From Octopus bimaculoides (Eukaryota): a DNA stretch of 64,000 bases. The notes beneath the pieces were generated by a model, which was given only the letters and a program-made list of their open reading frames with translations, was not told where the DNA came from and did no database searches. The stretch spans positions 133,805,883-133,869,882 of the forward strand of contig NC_068982.1 of assembly GCF_001194135.2 (NCBI RefSeq), in the 5' to 3' direction. Positions 10,826-25,093 of the stretch are shown here, one piece after another. The position numbers and the translations under genes are program-made. Every line of letters starts with the position of its first letter. Position 1 is the stretch's first letter.

Positions 10826-13129
10826 ACTTAAATGCTGAAACTGTTGTTTTTGTTATTGTTTGGTGACAACCCCACATACTCCTCCCTGTCAACTCTGTTT
10901 TTGTAAAAACCTTTGACTTGATGTTTAGCTAATTACAAATTGTCTGCCCAGTATTCCGGCTGAAAACATTTCTGGAATATTCTCCCCTCCTTGCCACCAA
11001 GATTTAACACTTAAACATGTGGCTTTCATTTTTCAAATCAACAAATATGTTAGGGGCCGACAAAGGAACTATGGATTGGTATTATGCTTATTAAGCTAAT
11101 GTTTGGAACGAATTAACATTAAATTTTGATGGATGGTTTTAATTTAGATCACTCTAAAGCAGGAAGTTTATTTCATAGAACTAGGGGCAGTCTTATACAG
11201 GTTGGTATCTCTTCCTCTCTTGAACAACTTCAGAGAATGTAAGTACTGTAGGGTATGGTGGGGGAAGTTCTTGATAATCTGAATCTTTAATGCAAAATCA
11301 ATTCCTAGTGGAGCCATAACCTTTCCTTTCATTCTTGTACCTACAATTTCTGGCTGTTGTCAGTCAGTAACTTAGAAATTGTTGGGTCGTGCTAGACTGA
11401 TTTGTCCATGAACTACAACATTAATATGAATCTTGGAGATGGTGACCCAAATGAGCCATTGAAGGTTACAGGATAATATCAAGTGTTAACTAATAACACA
11501 CCCCTCAGTTCACTAGTGCTGACACAGTAAGTACAGCTGTGAACTTTCTTTTCCTGTGGTACCTATTTTATGGCTAAGTGGACTGAAGGTTTTAAGATTC
11601 AAGTTTCTTAGCCAGAAACACAGCAGTCTGCCTGTGACGAAAGAAAATATAACGTGAGACCATTAAACCAGTGAAGCTAGCAAATTAACAACCCAGATGT
11701 TTATAATTCTCTTCCTTATAACAGCTCACAATATAACTAAACAGAGCATGTATGAGGACATTGTTCACACACTCACTCACTTTGTAATATTATATGCCCT
11801 ATTTGAAGTATGACTTAAATAAAGCAAATGTTTAGATTTATTCATTTTTTTATGGATATTTATGAAGCATAAACTTGAAATGATAAAATAAAAAACAAAT
11901 ATTTAAAATCTTTTTCTTATTAACTTAAGCCTAATTTGCAACTGCTAAAAACATTTTTTTTGCCCTGTGAGGCCTAGCAGTACTGCTTGGCAGGCCAATA
12001 ACACAATAGCGCTACTGTTGATAATAATAAGTCGATTACATTGACCCCGGTGCTCAACTTGTTCTCATTTTATTGACCCCAAAAGGATGAAAGGCAAAGT
12101 CAACCTTGGAAGAATTTGAACTGAGAGCAAAGGCAGATGAAATGCTACTAAGCACTTTACCTGGCATTCTAGTGATTCTACCAGCTCATTGTTTTGATAA
12201 CAATATTAATAGCAATAATGATTCTTTTTTTAATTTTGGCCACAAGACCAGCATTGTTAGTAGGAGAGGATTAATCGATTATATCAACCCCCAGTACTTA
12301 ACTGGTACTCTATTTTATTTATCCTGAAAGGATGATAAGGCTAAGTTGGCCTTGGCAGAATTTGAACTCAGAACTTAAAACCAAAAACACTGCTAACCAT
12401 TTATTCTGATGCTGTAACAATTCTGCCAAAAAAATTCAAGAGGAAGAAAGATACACACAGTCCCTTTTAGGTTCTGTTTAACTAGGGAGTAGGGATGATA
12501 ACTGCTAGTACAGTTGTTCTCTTGATGTGTTCAGCAATTTGAATTGTAGCAGACTTGAAGATAGAACAGGGTGAGGGGAATAGAAGGTAGGGATTTCCTG
12601 TGAGAGTTGGGTAAAAAGTGTTTGAACAAAGTGTTTTATTATGGTCGGGAGGGCTCTGCGGGATTAAATACCATGACGGTCACCAAGAGGGGATTTAGGT
12701 GAGCGGTCATGTAGTTTGTTGTATTGAGTAATTGCCACTATTAAACAATATGGCTGAGGGAAAATACCTCTGGGGAGCATGCTGCATACTAAGTACATAT
12801 ACAGTATTGACTTTGTTAGTGCGGTTTTCACTATGGTTTAGCATAGGCATCTGCAACTACAGTATGTGTATGTGTGTAGTTGTGCATGCTGTTTGCATTC
12901 ATGTGTCTGCATAATTGTCTCTGTGTATGTGTGTGTTTGTCTGCAAGTATATATGTGTCATTGGGTGTGTCTGCATATGTGTGTGTGTATCTGCATGACT
13001 GTGTGCGTGCTAATGTATGCAGGAATGTGTATAAATGAATCTATATATAACTGAGAAGTGTTTATAGCATTGCACTATTTGTATGATTATATATTTGGTA
13101 CAAAGCCATGCATAGAAGCATGCATGATT

Positions 13130-14000
13130 TTGTCTGCTATTAAATTGTGTCTACATGCATACTCATGCACACCAAAGGATGCATGTTTTTCTTTGTATAA
13201 ATGAATTCTTAAGCTGTGTATGCACACCCATGCACTCATGCATCTTTTTGTCTGTTCTTAAATTATATGTGCACACATGCCTGCATATATATGCATGCTG
13301 TCTGTATTAGTGTGTTCTTAAATTGTGCATGTTCATGTATATGCACATATATGTAATTTATTTTGTTATTTTACTCTTAAATTGTGTATGTGTATACGCT
13401 AGTTTGCATATACATGTGTTTTTCGTCTAATTGCTCTTAAATTGTGTTTGCGTACACATACATTGTGCGTGATTTTGTCTGCCTGCATTACTTTGCACTT
13501 AAATTGTATGTGTGTATACATTCATTCTTATACTATATATATATATACATAGAGAGAGAGATTATATACTTGTCTTTGTTAATGTGATCCTAAGGTGTGT
13601 GTGTATATGCATTATTTCGCTCTTAAATTGTGTGCATACAGTCATGCATACATATGCATGATTTTGACTGCATTACTTCATATATTGTATATGCATACTC
13701 TCATGCATATATATTCTTGGTTTTGTCAGTCTAGTATGATCATAAATTGTGTGTACCTTTTGTGCACATTTACATGCATGTTTCTGTGTTGGCATGCTCT
13801 TTAATTGTATGCGCATACACTTGTGCACACATTTTTCTGTTAGTATGCTCTTAAAAATTTTATATATACACATGTACACTTATACATTTTTTTGTCTGTG
13901 TTAGCATTCTCTTAAATTGTGAGCATGTACACTTGGGTGGACGGTCTTTTTATTTCATGTCTGAGCTGTGGTAGTATGCGCCTAAATTGTTTGCGCGTAC
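13130..14000. repeat. ~60-bp-period degenerate tandem repeat with conserved core (G)CTCTTAAATTGTG
   Basis: Core at about 13139, 13208, 13257, 13317, 13376, 13436, 13498, 13622, 13741, 13799, 13850, 13911 and 13981. Confidence 0.8.
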
Positions 14001-14312
14001 ACATCGTTTTTGCCTGTGTTTGTTTTTTTTTTCTTTAGTAGTGATGAATATTATAGCTTGAACATTGTACATATATGTGTGCATGTATAGATGTGTGTGT
14101 GTGTATGTGTATGCAGTTTACCAGTTACACTTTGAGTGTGTGTGTGTATGCATATCTCTATATTGTATGAATGCAAAGGTGTGCGTTTGTGGTTTAGTGA
14201 GTATTATTTGTGCATACGTATTACTATGACTATATACACACACATAGAACTTCTGTATATATAGTTTTCGAATACATTGTCTGCTCTACACATATAGTTT
14301 TTAGTGTATAGA

Positions 14313-14354
<42 letters not shown>

Positions 14355-14857
14355 CTTCTGTATATGTAGTTTTTGAATACATTGTCTGCTCTTTTCATGC
14401 AGTTTTAGTGTATAGAATATAAATATATATGTATATATATACATATATANNNNNNNNNNNNNNNNNNNNNNNNNNNNNNNNNNNNNNNNNNNNNNNNNNN
14501 NNNNNNNNNNNNNNNNNNNNNNNNNNNNNNNNNNNNNNNNNNNNNNNTATATATATATATATTTAATTAATAATAGGATAAAGTCTTTTATAAGAATTTA
14601 TCAAGTAGCTAGCGTGAAAAAAACCTCATAAGGGAAAAATCCATCATTTATTCCCCAAAATATTTTTATTTATATAAGGGCATTACTCTACATGAATGCC
14701 TCACGCTAAGAGGGACTCTAGGGTCAAACTACCATAATAAACACAGTTTTACCGAACAAGAGGAAATGCAACTCTCAAAGCTAGCCCCTTAAATTATAGA
14801 TCATGATTTCGTAGTTATTGCAGTATTATGCAACTTATATATATATATACATACACA

Positions 14858-15074
14858 CAAGCGGGTTCTGAAAAGTTCCTGGCTTTAAGGGTATCACGAA
14901 AGGCCTGGTTGGAGGCCCAACCTTCTGAGTTCTTTTATGGGGCTTAGAAAACCTGAAGGGCAACAGCAATAAATGTGTGAATCTGAGAGAGAAATACGTT
15001 AGATAAAATCATAATTAACTGACCCTCTTGTATTTTCTTTTACCCAAAGCCAAGAAATTTTCAGCACCTCCTTG
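14858..15074 (+). mobile_element. Mariner-derived MITE (~217 bp)
   Basis: 29-bp TIRs CAAGCGGGTTCTGAAAAGTTCCTGGCTTT (14858-14886) and AAAGCCAAGAAATTTTCAGCACCTCCTTG (15046-15074) match at 24/29. The internal AATAAATGTGTGAATCTGAGAGAGAAATAC reads NKCVNLREKY, resembling the mariner transposase C-terminal KCV..GxY motif. Confidence 0.8.
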
Positions 15075-15479
15075 TGTGTGTGTATTCTATGTTTGTGTGT
15101 TTTGTATGTATACATTCTGTGCGTATATATATGTGTGTGTGTGTTGTATACCCAGTATTGCATAAATTTCTGTGGAGATGCATTAATTAGTTCAGTGACA
15201 CAGAAGCAAACCCTGTAAGGGAGTCGCTGTGTAATTTCTTAACATGCTAGAAATAGCAACTTAGTTCACCTCAAATCACCCCACCCACCCCCATCTTAAA
15301 AGAAGGCAGGCTGGAATGCCTTTGATCTTAGGTGTCTGCTCAATCAGGACTGTCAAGTTTCTAAATAAGGATCGCACACAGATCCGTGCATGCATACATT
15401 ACCTAAAATCTTTCTAGCACACCTTTTTATTGTGCATCATTCTACATACATATGTGTGTTTATATATGTTTTTATACAT

Positions 15480-15830
15480 TTGTATACACAGTGTCTGTCT
15501 GAATGTATTATTGTGTCCTGTTTTTCCTTCACTTTCTCCCTCTTTTTATGTATTTCTCTTTAGTCTTGTTTCTGAACCTCTCTTATTTTCTGTTGTCCCC
15601 CTCTTTCTATCTCTCTCTCTCTCTCTGTTTTTCTTTTTTATTTGCTCTATTTCTTTCTTATCCTCCTTATTGCTCTACCTCTTTCTCCTTGTCTCTATTT
15701 CTCTTTCTCTTTGTCTCTCTCTTTCCTCTCCCTCCCCTGTCTTTTTCTGTATGTCTTTCTTCATCTTTCTCTTTGCTGCTCCCATTCCCTTCATCTGTAT
15801 CTCTTGTTTTTCTCTCTCTCNNNNNNNNNN

Positions 15831-15865
<35 letters not shown>

Positions 15866-16310
15866 CTTCTTGTCTCTCTATTTTTCTCTCTTTTCTAGCT
15901 CTTTGATTCTCTCTCTGTTTATCTCTGTCTCTTTGTCACTCTCTACCTCTTTCTCTGTTTCTTGTCTCTTTTGTTTATCCTTTCCTCTTGTTTTCTCACT
16001 CTTTCACCTTGTCCCTCTCTCTATATCTTCATCTTCGTCTCTCTCTCCTCTCTTTCTTCTCTGTCTGTCTCTCCTTGTGTCTTTTACCTTTTCTTTGTCC
16101 TTCTCTCTCCTACTTTATCCTTTTTCTCCGTGTCTTTGACTCTTGTCTTTCAAATGTTTAAATAAATTGCATCTTGTACACCTCACTCCATCACCTACAC
16201 CACCCTCACTACTACCTCCACCATCACCTCCATCTTAACCACCACCACCACCATTATTACTACCATCATCACAACCACCACCACCAACCTACCTACCTAT
16301 CCAGACACTG
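15480..16310. repeat. Long polypyrimidine (CT-rich) low-complexity tract followed by (CAC)n
   Basis: Direct inspection. It explains the SLSL/RERE ORFs. Confidence 0.9.
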
Positions 16311-16819
16311 TCGTCTGCCATAAAATACAGCCATAGCTATTTAAACAGTTTTTCCTTCCTCAACAACAGACATGACATAACTGCAGTAGTCTGGCTATTT
16401 CACCACTTTGCCCTCCATACACACACGTTCTCTCTCTCTCTCTCTCTCTCTCTCCTCCCCCCCCTCAAACCACTATCACGCTATCATCGATGTATTTTAC
16501 ACTTATATAATGTTGTCATTGCAGGAAAAATTCAATAACTGGTCTTGTGATATAGTTATTGGTTATACCTTATGTTGCTTAACACTTTTTTTTTTTGTCT
16601 GTCATGACCCAATGACCTCTGCTGACTTCTTTCTGTTTACTATGTCTGGTTCTAATTGCTCTTTTTGAAACTTTTTCCCCTTCATTTCTTCATTTTCTCT
16701 TTCTTTTCTCCTTCTTGTTTTTCTTTTCCCCCCTTTTCTTTTTATGCAATGTCATGGTTAACTGCTTTCTTTCTCTCTCTTTTTTTTATGATGTCTGTGT
16801 AAAACGTATGTGCCTATGT

Positions 16820-17040
16820 ATGTATGCACAGTTATACATACATACATACATACATACATACACTCTATTGGTATTATATAGCTTGTGTGCATGCATGTAT
16901 ACATAGACTGTAATGTAAATGGGTATATGTGGTTATGTATGTGTGTGCGCGTGTACAAGCACAAGTATATGCATATGAGTGTGCATACATACAAGCATGC
17001 GCGTGCGCACACACAAATATATTCATGTGTGTGTATTATG

Positions 17041-17136
<96 letters not shown>

Positions 17137-17600
17137 CATATACATTCATATATATACACACACATATATATACACATACATATATTGATATATACACACA
17201 TATATATACACATACATATATTCATATATACACACACACATATATAATCACATACATATATTCATATATATACACACACATATATATATACATACATATA
17301 TATGCACACACACACACACATAATATTCATTCATTCATACTCGTCTATTACTTGACTCTGTTCTTGCATATATAGTCGACGGCATTTTTGTTCTTTCACC
17401 ACCTACACCTCTCTCTCTCCTCTCTCTCCCCCCTCTCTCTCTCTCTCCTTACCTACCTACCTACCTACCTACCTATCTGTCTACCCACCTATCATCCATC
17501 TACCTTTCTAGCTATCTATCCATCTACTCACCTACCTATCTATCTCACTGTCTGTTTTTCTCACACTATTCACACACACACATACACACTCATATTCATG
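16820..17600. repeat. Compound microsatellite block: (TACA)n, long (TA)n, (CA)n, (CT)n, (CCTA)n
   Basis: Direct inspection; pure (TA)n of about 85 bp at ~17046-17131. Confidence 0.9.
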
Positions 17601-18099
17601 TGCATACACATACATACCCTACATTCTCTTGCACTGTCGCATTCTATGCTCTCATTCTTTGCCTACTATATTCTCACTTCCTACTATACTCTCATTCCCT
17701 TCCTGCCACATTCTATACTCTCCCTGCTGCACTGTGTGTTCCCATTCCACTCTACATATACTCTCGTTTTATCACCTAGCTACACCCTTATAATACTCTT
17801 ACCTATTCCTTCTTATACTCAGCATTGTTATATTAGCTTTCTCTTAATTGGTAATATATTCAAGCTCATTTACTAATCATTGTCATCATCGTTGCCACCA
17901 CTAGTTGTAGTCATAGTTTAAAATCTTTTTAGCTATGCAAAATTAATAATAACAACAGTTCAACAACATTGTCTCCTTTTAATTTGCACTCTCACTTTCT
18001 TCACACTGAATTCCTTTGGTACTGTCACAAACACTCCTTTATCACTCCCCGACTGAACTTACCTTTTCCTTCCATACTACTATATATATATATATATAT

Positions 18100-18814
18100 N
18101 NNNNNNNNNNNNNNNNNNNNNNNNNNNNNNNNNNNNNNNNNNNNNNNNNNNNNNNNNNNNNNNNNNNNNNNNNNNNNNNNNNNNNNNNNNNNNNNNNNNN
18201 NNNNNNNNNNNNNNNNNNNNNNNNNNNNNNNNNNNNNNNNNNNNNNNNNNNNNNNNNNNNNNNNNNNNNNNNNNNNNNNNNNNNNNNNNNNNNNNNNNNN
18301 NNNNNNNNNNNNNNNNNNNNNNNNNNNNNNNNNNNNNNNNNNNNNNNNNNNNNNNNNNNNNNNNNNNNNNNNNNNNNNNNNNNNNNNNNNNNNNNNNNNN
18401 NNNNNNNNNNNNNNNNNNNNNNNNNNNNNNNNNNNNNNNNNNNNNNNNNNNNNNNNNNNNNNNNNNNNNNNNNNNNNNNNNNNNNNNNNNNNNNNNNNNN
18501 NNNNNNNNNNNNNNNNNNNNNNNNNNNNNNNNNNNNNNNNNNNNNNNNNNNNNNNNNNNNNNNNNNNNNNNNNNNNNNNNNNNNNNNNNNNNNNNNNNNN
18601 NNNNNNNNNNNNNNNNNNNNNNNNNNNNNNNNNNNNNNNNNNNNNNNNNNNNNNNNNNNNNNNNNNNNNNNNNNNNNNNNNNNNNNNNNNNNNNNNNNNN
18701 NNNNNNNNNNNNNNNNNNNNNNNNNNNNNNNNNNNNNNNNNNNNNNNNNNNNNNNNNNNNNNNNNNNNNNNNNNNNNNNNNNNNNNNNNNNNNNNNNNNN
18801 NNNNNNNNNNNNNN
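18100..18814. other. Largest assembly gap (others: 2900-2932, 6272-6281, 14450-14547, 15821-15830, 30235-30494, 52205-52649, 61013-61092, 61260-61269)
   Basis: N runs, mostly flanked by microsatellites or homopolymers. Confidence 0.99.
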
Positions 18815-19267
18815 ATATATATATATATATATACTGATACACATTCGTTTACCACTACACCCTTACATTCATTTTTGTATTCACTTCACAATTTTTTATG
18901 TGTGTGTGTGTGCATGCGTGTGTGTATAGGTTTGCAGTACAAACAAGAGAAAGCATACCTCAGTACATGAAGTCAAGTTGTAGCTTATTTATTCGCAAGA
19001 AGCTGATGATTCACTCTATCGCTTCTCAGTTTCTAGTTGTGTGCAGTCAAACAGACAGCAGAAAGATTAATATTTGTGTTGTCTAAATGATCGCACATAA
19101 TGAGAAACTCTGAGTAACAACGAAGTAGATTATCTTCCAGTAAATATACATGATCGCAATACACAACCAGGGCTTTCTACACACTTTTTTGCACCTTTTG
19201 TCCACCATTGTTTACTATACATATCCTCATCTTTCCCTATTAACACAAAATTTTATATCTATATTTA

Positions 19268-19303
<36 letters not shown>

Positions 19304-19394
19304 ATCTCGATGTGCACCCTTTTACAGTTGTGTTCAGTATGTTGCTTCACATACCATTTAACCACTTCACTCCTGACATACCATTACACACTTT

Positions 19395-19560
19395 CTTGCT
19401 GCTGTCAAGCCAAGGAGGAAGCCTTAATGCGGTCACTCTCCTAGATTTAGCAGCCTAATCTCTCTCAAATAAACCACATGCTACCACTTTAAAACAAAAT
19501 AAAAATAGAAGCAGGAACATACTATAGATAATATAGTCCTAGCTACACAGAAACAAAGAC
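19395..19560 (+). mobile_element. Further dispersed repeat family (core CTAGAAATAGCAGCC.AATCTCCCTCAAATCAC...); copies at ~15190-15370 (+), ~20040-20230 (-), ~23850-23920 (-), ~36290-36480 (-)
   Basis: Mutual similarity among the copies (e.g. TTTGAGGGAGATTTTGTTGCTATTTCTAG at ~20170 is the reverse complement). Class not determined. Confidence 0.55.
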
Positions 19561-21179
19561 AAAATGAACATATATTTGATAATAGATCTGCTCAATAAGG
19601 CTTGATTGGGGTCTATATAACAACTATCCTTTCCACTGTACTGGATATATACAGTTGCACACCTTTTATTAACATTGCATCCCTTTACATATTTCTCACA
19701 CCTCTCTGGCATTGTTCTATGCACATTGTCTTTTATACTTGTTGACGCTATTGACCATAAATTTTAGTTTAAAACAGTTTACTTTTTAATCCATCAAAAT
19801 TAAGTTTAATCCATATTTAGAATTGATTTCATTAAGCTATGATCATAGGTGAAGTAGGATAGATTCAGCTGATTTTGCTGTGTGGTTCTGAATCAATAAT
19901 TCCAGAACCTGATGTTCATATTATAACTGCTGCTAATTATCACCCTCATTAGCTGTAAACATATTATTTCATAAGGAACCCTCCCACTTTTTATGAGATC
20001 TACAAAAAATATTGTTATAAGATCAATCTGAAACATGTTTGCTGTTCTTATTGTTGTTGTTGTTGTCTATCCCCAGTTGAGGCATAATTGAGACATATGA
20101 TCAGACATTCTCATCCTGTCTTCTTTCTCTCTGACAATATGTACGCTAGGACTAAAGAGGTTTGGGTATAATTTGAGGGAGATTTTGTTGCTATTTCTAG
20201 AAATTTCAGTGACAGTTTAGAGGCTTCCTGTTTGGTTTCAACATCTATTTATATGTTCTTATGTTACATCAATAATGGCCTCATTCGTAACAGTTTTTTT
20301 TTTTGTTTTTTTTACTTGCTGTTGTGGGTTGGATAGGTTTGCAGTTTAACATATTGCCCATCTTCCTGACCCCTTGATATCTTATCTGTGAGACCTGTGA
20401 TTCTTAGATCTGATGTCATTCCTTCTCCCTGTATCTACAACTAACTTCTAATATTGGGGCATTGTAGCTTTTCATGCAGCTGGTTGGTGTCCTCCCTGGT
20501 TCCTTCTTTATGTGTTCTTACATGTTTGTGTGTTCAGGTAAAAGTTTCACAAAAATATCTAATCATATTTTGCTGATAACGTGTGTTTTTCACACTTGCA
20601 GTGCAATGAACAAGATACAAATATATCACATTTCTTGCTGTTGGATTGGTTCAATGAGTCGTGTTAATAAATGCATTTTTATTAAAAACAGATATCTGCA
20701 ACATGTCTCATGCGTAGATTATCAAATGCTGAAATGGTTACAAGAGAACCTATTATTATAAATGAAAAATATTCAACAGCTGCAGGAAATGTCATGAAAG
20801 AATAAAAAGATTATAGAAGAAAACTAAATTTGCTGACAACAAAGTTAAGCCAAGGAGGAGAAGGCAGCTGTTTCCACACTGGCAATTTGTCAACAGCTGA
20901 AGATTGAAGATCTTATAGAATCTGTATGAAATGCAATATACAAAATATGAACCTGGCATTAATTAACTTCTCTTGCAGGTAGTATAACTATCTGAAAGTG
21001 AATCAGCATTTTAAATTCCACTGACAGTAGTTTAGTTTATGTCAGTTGTTACAATGGCAATTGCTCTGAGAATCTGTCCTTTGCTGTAGTTTATAGATGA
21101 AGCTGTCCTATTCTTTAAGTCTAACCATAATTTATTTTCCTCTGGATCTCCTTAACCTTTTTGTCACCGTCTATCTTTG

Positions 21180-21568
21180 TTTTAATTAAAGTACTTGTCT
21201 GGTACGTTTTTTGTTATTGACCCAGAAAGGATGAAAATTGAAGTTAACCTTGGCAGGATTTGAACTTAGAATGTAAAGAGTTGGAACAAATGTTGCAGAC
21301 CATTTATTCCAATGCTTTAATGATTCTGTTAATCCACTATCCTAATTATAATAATCCTTTCTATTAAAGACACAAGGCCTGAAATTTTAGGGAAGGGGAC
21401 TAGTCAATTACGTTGACCCCAGTGTTTCACTGGTACTTAGTTTATCGACCTCAAAAGGATGAAAGGCAAAGTTGTCTCCAGTGGAATTTGAACTCAGAAC
21501 ATCAAGGTGGACAAGATATTGCTAAGCATTTTGTCCAGTGTGCTAATGATTCTGCCAGTTTGCTGCCT

Positions 21569-21600
<32 letters not shown>

Positions 21601-21820
21601 CTTTTGTACTATAGGTACAATGCTTGAAACTTGTGGGGAAAGGCACCAGTCAATTACATCAACCCCAATGCTCAACTGGTACTTATTTCATCAAGCCTGA
21701 AAGAATGAAAGGCAAAATGAACCTCAGCTGAATTTGAACTCGGAACATAGAGATCCAGAAGAAATGCTGCTAAGCATTTTGTTGGATGCACTAATGATTC
21801 TGCCAGCTTGCCACTTTAAT
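21180..21820 (-). mobile_element. Three tandem minus-strand copies of the Meta-like SINE separated by (AAT)n
   Basis: Repeated GAAAGGATGAAAGGCAAAGT...GAATTTGAACTCAGAA. Confidence 0.85.
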
Positions 21821-22089
21821 ACTCATGATAATAAATTAGTAGTATAGAAAATGAATTCATACAACAAATAAGAAATCAAAATCATGATGGGGCTGGATCA
21901 CTACAAGAAGGTTTTGATTTGCTATAAATTTTAATTATTCAAAAAGTTAACCACAAGATACAGTTGAAACACATCTACTCCACATAAATTTACTTAAGAT
22001 CAAAGTTTCACATTGTTCATCCTGTGTTGACTCATTCTTTCCATATTTTTTCCATAATACCTGACCAGTGGTTCATTTTTATCACTGAC

Positions 22090-22440
22090 ATCATCATCAT
22101 CATTTAACATCCGCTTTCCATGCTAGCATGGGTTGGACGATTTGACGATTTGGCAGAGTTTCTACAGCTGGATGCCCTTCCTAACGCCAACCACTCCGAG
22201 AGTGTAGTGAGTGCTTTTACGTGCCACCAGCACGAAGGCCAGTCAGGCGGTACTGGCAACGGCCACGTTCGAAATGGTGCATTTTATGTGCCACCTGCAC
22301 AAGGGCCAGTCCAGCGGTATTGGCAACGAACTCGCTCGAATGTCTTTTCATGTGCCACTGGTACAAGTGCCAGGAAGGCGACGTTGGTAATTGTCACGCC
22401 CAAATGGTGCTATTTATGTGCCACCGGCATGAAAGCTAGA
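22090..22440 (-). mobile_element. Well-preserved (GAT)n-tailed retroposon with internal ~60-bp tandem units (GTGCCACC.GCAC...GGCAACG)
   Basis: CATCATCATTTAACATCCGCTTTCCATGCTAGCATGGGTTGGACG...CAGCTGGATGCCCTTCCTAACGCCAACCACTCCGAGAGTG, with retained CpGs. The same terminus occurs at 52799-52890. Other copies at 25340-25530, 29935-30060 and 58528-58735. An RTE-related origin is inferred. Confidence 0.8.
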
Positions 22441-24124
22441 CAGAATTTTAAAAATAATGATGAATTTAATAAAATTATTTTGTCATTATTTACCTGGAGT
22501 TTTGGTATGTGAATTAACTTGAAATATTGTTGTAAAGATTTAATGAACTACATTTGATGGCATATCAGCCACACTTTTTTTTTAAAAGATATCCCCTGAT
22601 CCTGTATGTAAAGCAGGGCCTATATTACATGCTTTAACACCCTTAAATCATTTTCCCTGGACATACACTGCTGACATTGGAATGCATCTAATTTGCCATG
22701 TGTCTTTTATGCTATCAAATATAGTCTTGGGAAAGTTGGTATCAAAAGAGTTTAAAAAATACATCTTATCTATGTCTAATTTTTGTGTAGGTGCTGAAAA
22801 CTGTGATATAAATATCACTTGGCATTGATTAAAGTTCCTTCTCTCCAATTTCATTTTCACTAGTTTTGACGTGAGGAATATTAATGTCTGTCTGTGCTTG
22901 TTATATGAGAGTTAGAACATTTTCTCTCACTTATTTTCTATATTCTAACAGAAAATCTTAAAATTCTCCTTCAGTGTTTGTTTTGTCAGTCATATTGGAT
23001 GTGTCATTTTTGAAAAATGTATGTGTATGGGAGAAATTCTCTAATTATTGTATACTTACAGCAGTTTTTAAATTGTACACCAAAAGTTACTAACATTTAA
23101 TTGTAAAATGTTTTTTAATCAGTCAGTATAAGAAATTTCCCTGACAAATAAATATTTGAATAAAAATTTACTACAGTTTTAAGAAATCTGTTTGTGGTCA
23201 TGTAGTTTTGGGTTCAGTTCCACTGTGCAACACCCTGGGGAATTTCTACTATAGGGGCATGTTTGGTTATGTGGTTTAGAAGTTCTCTTTGCAACCATGG
23301 GATTTTGGGTTCAATCTCATTGCATGTATCTTGGACAAATATCTTCTGCTATAGCTCTGGGCTATCCAAGACTTTGTTAGAGAACATATTTGATAGAAAC
23401 TGAAAAGAAACCCCTTGTGTGCTTGCACATATGTGAGAGACCTTATCTTAACATGCTTGCTACTTGTAAACAAAACTGTCATCTTACAAGCAGTGATGTT
23501 TGCATGCAGTTTTCCATTCAGTGGTCTCCATTTTTGATACTCACCTTCCTGATGTAATGTATAAAAGCAAAGTAATTTCAATCTATACAAATTAATGTAG
23601 GCCAATTTTTCTACAACATAAATTTACAGTTTACCCACTGTAGTAAAGTTAGTTTGTTAAACACTGAGCGAGCACCCTGTGTTGTGTAGGTTTATCATAC
23701 CATATAAGTTTAATACCACTACCACCACCAAGAACAACACATGATTTTTGAATGCTTTTGGTCGACATATTTAGCTCCAGGTTATCTTTCATTGAGCACA
23801 CATGATCAAAAACACTCCATTTGCAGCCATCAACTTTTAAGATGGGAAGTTGTGATCTGAGGGAGATTTGGTGACATATTTCTAATAAGCCAACCAACTT
23901 GGCTACATATTTCTAATAAGTCCACCAGAGGTGCACCCTCATCTATATACTGTAACCTTTATTGCATGTATTTGTTTTAACATTGCCACAAATATCCACT
24001 TTCCTTCCTGATGGGGATACTGTCCAGAGAATTAAATCTGGTTTTTGAGCTGGCTGCAGTTTCACCATTTGTTCATAATATGAACTTAAAAACTATCATG
24101 GCTTCACACTGTTGAAAATCAATC

Positions 24125-24228
<104 letters not shown>

Positions 24229-24995
24229 CCCCTCTCCCCCCTCTCTCTCACACACACACACACAGATATTAGGGCTAATTTCATCAGTATTAGTCTAGGA
24301 ATCTTGAAGAAGGGTACTACTCATTTTGTTACCATATTTCAGGTCATTTTAAAACATTCTTTTATTTCATAGAATTCAGTGTGGTTTCTAGCATGTTGGT
24401 ATCAAAAAGGTTAACTTATTGGACAAAAAAAAATCCTTGTGGATCTTGTTTTGTATTTTTAGCTGCTTTTGAACTTGTAAAAACAAATAAGTTACAAGCT
24501 TCACACCCGTAATATATCTGAAGATTCCAACTTATTTTTATCAGGAATGTATTCTTGTTTACGTCTATTGTTTACTAACCTTGCTCTCTGTCGGGGAGTT
24601 ATATCGGGAATATGTTCTTGTTTATTAACCTTGTTCTCTGGAGTTTTAACATTTTTTAATGAAAAAGCCCTGCCCAAAAAAATTGGAATTTTGTTTCCCA
24701 CAACATATTTCATTATTTGTCGTCACTGAACTGACTTGTGCTAAAACGGAATTCCAACATTTTCCTCACATTCTAATGTTTCGTCTTGATAGAATATGTA
24801 ATAATCTGCCATAATTAATTACAATTAACAACTTTCTTACAAAATGACTGCAGATATTAATGAATGTCTCCTTTGTTTTTTTTACTTTCACACACATACA
24901 CAGAAACACATATACACGCACCCACATATACATACATACACACAAATATATTTCTATTTCTATGTAATTTCTCTCATCTTCTTTGGTATTTCCAG

Positions 24996-25093
24996 TATCA
25001 GACAATTCCAAGCAATCTTATCTGAAATGTTTGGTGTGTGGAGATAAATCATCTGGAATCCATTATGGCGTGTTGGCATGTGAAGGTTGCAAG
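24996..25093 (+). CDS. Nuclear receptor exon: first zinc finger ([33 protein letters not shown])
   Basis: Acceptor ggtatttccag|TA; donor AAG|gtaaga. C-x2-C-x13-C-x2-C with a CEGCK P-box. Too short for the ORF track; translated by hand. Confidence 0.96.

Noticed and set aside
11408-11476. Short ORF MNYNINMNLGDGDPNEPLKVTG* as a start-exon candidate
   Set aside because: The only possible donor is phase 0 and weak, so it is incompatible with the phase-1 DBD exon.
20690-20980. Purine-rich stretch with short ORFs (MVTREPIIINEKYSTAAGNVMKE*) as a possible 5' exon
   Set aside because: In-frame stops, and no phase-1 donor compatible with the 24996 acceptor.
23874-23920. 16-bp direct repeat ACATATTTCTAATAAG
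   Set aside because: Local slippage inside a dispersed repeat copy. Only two units, so not CRISPR-like.
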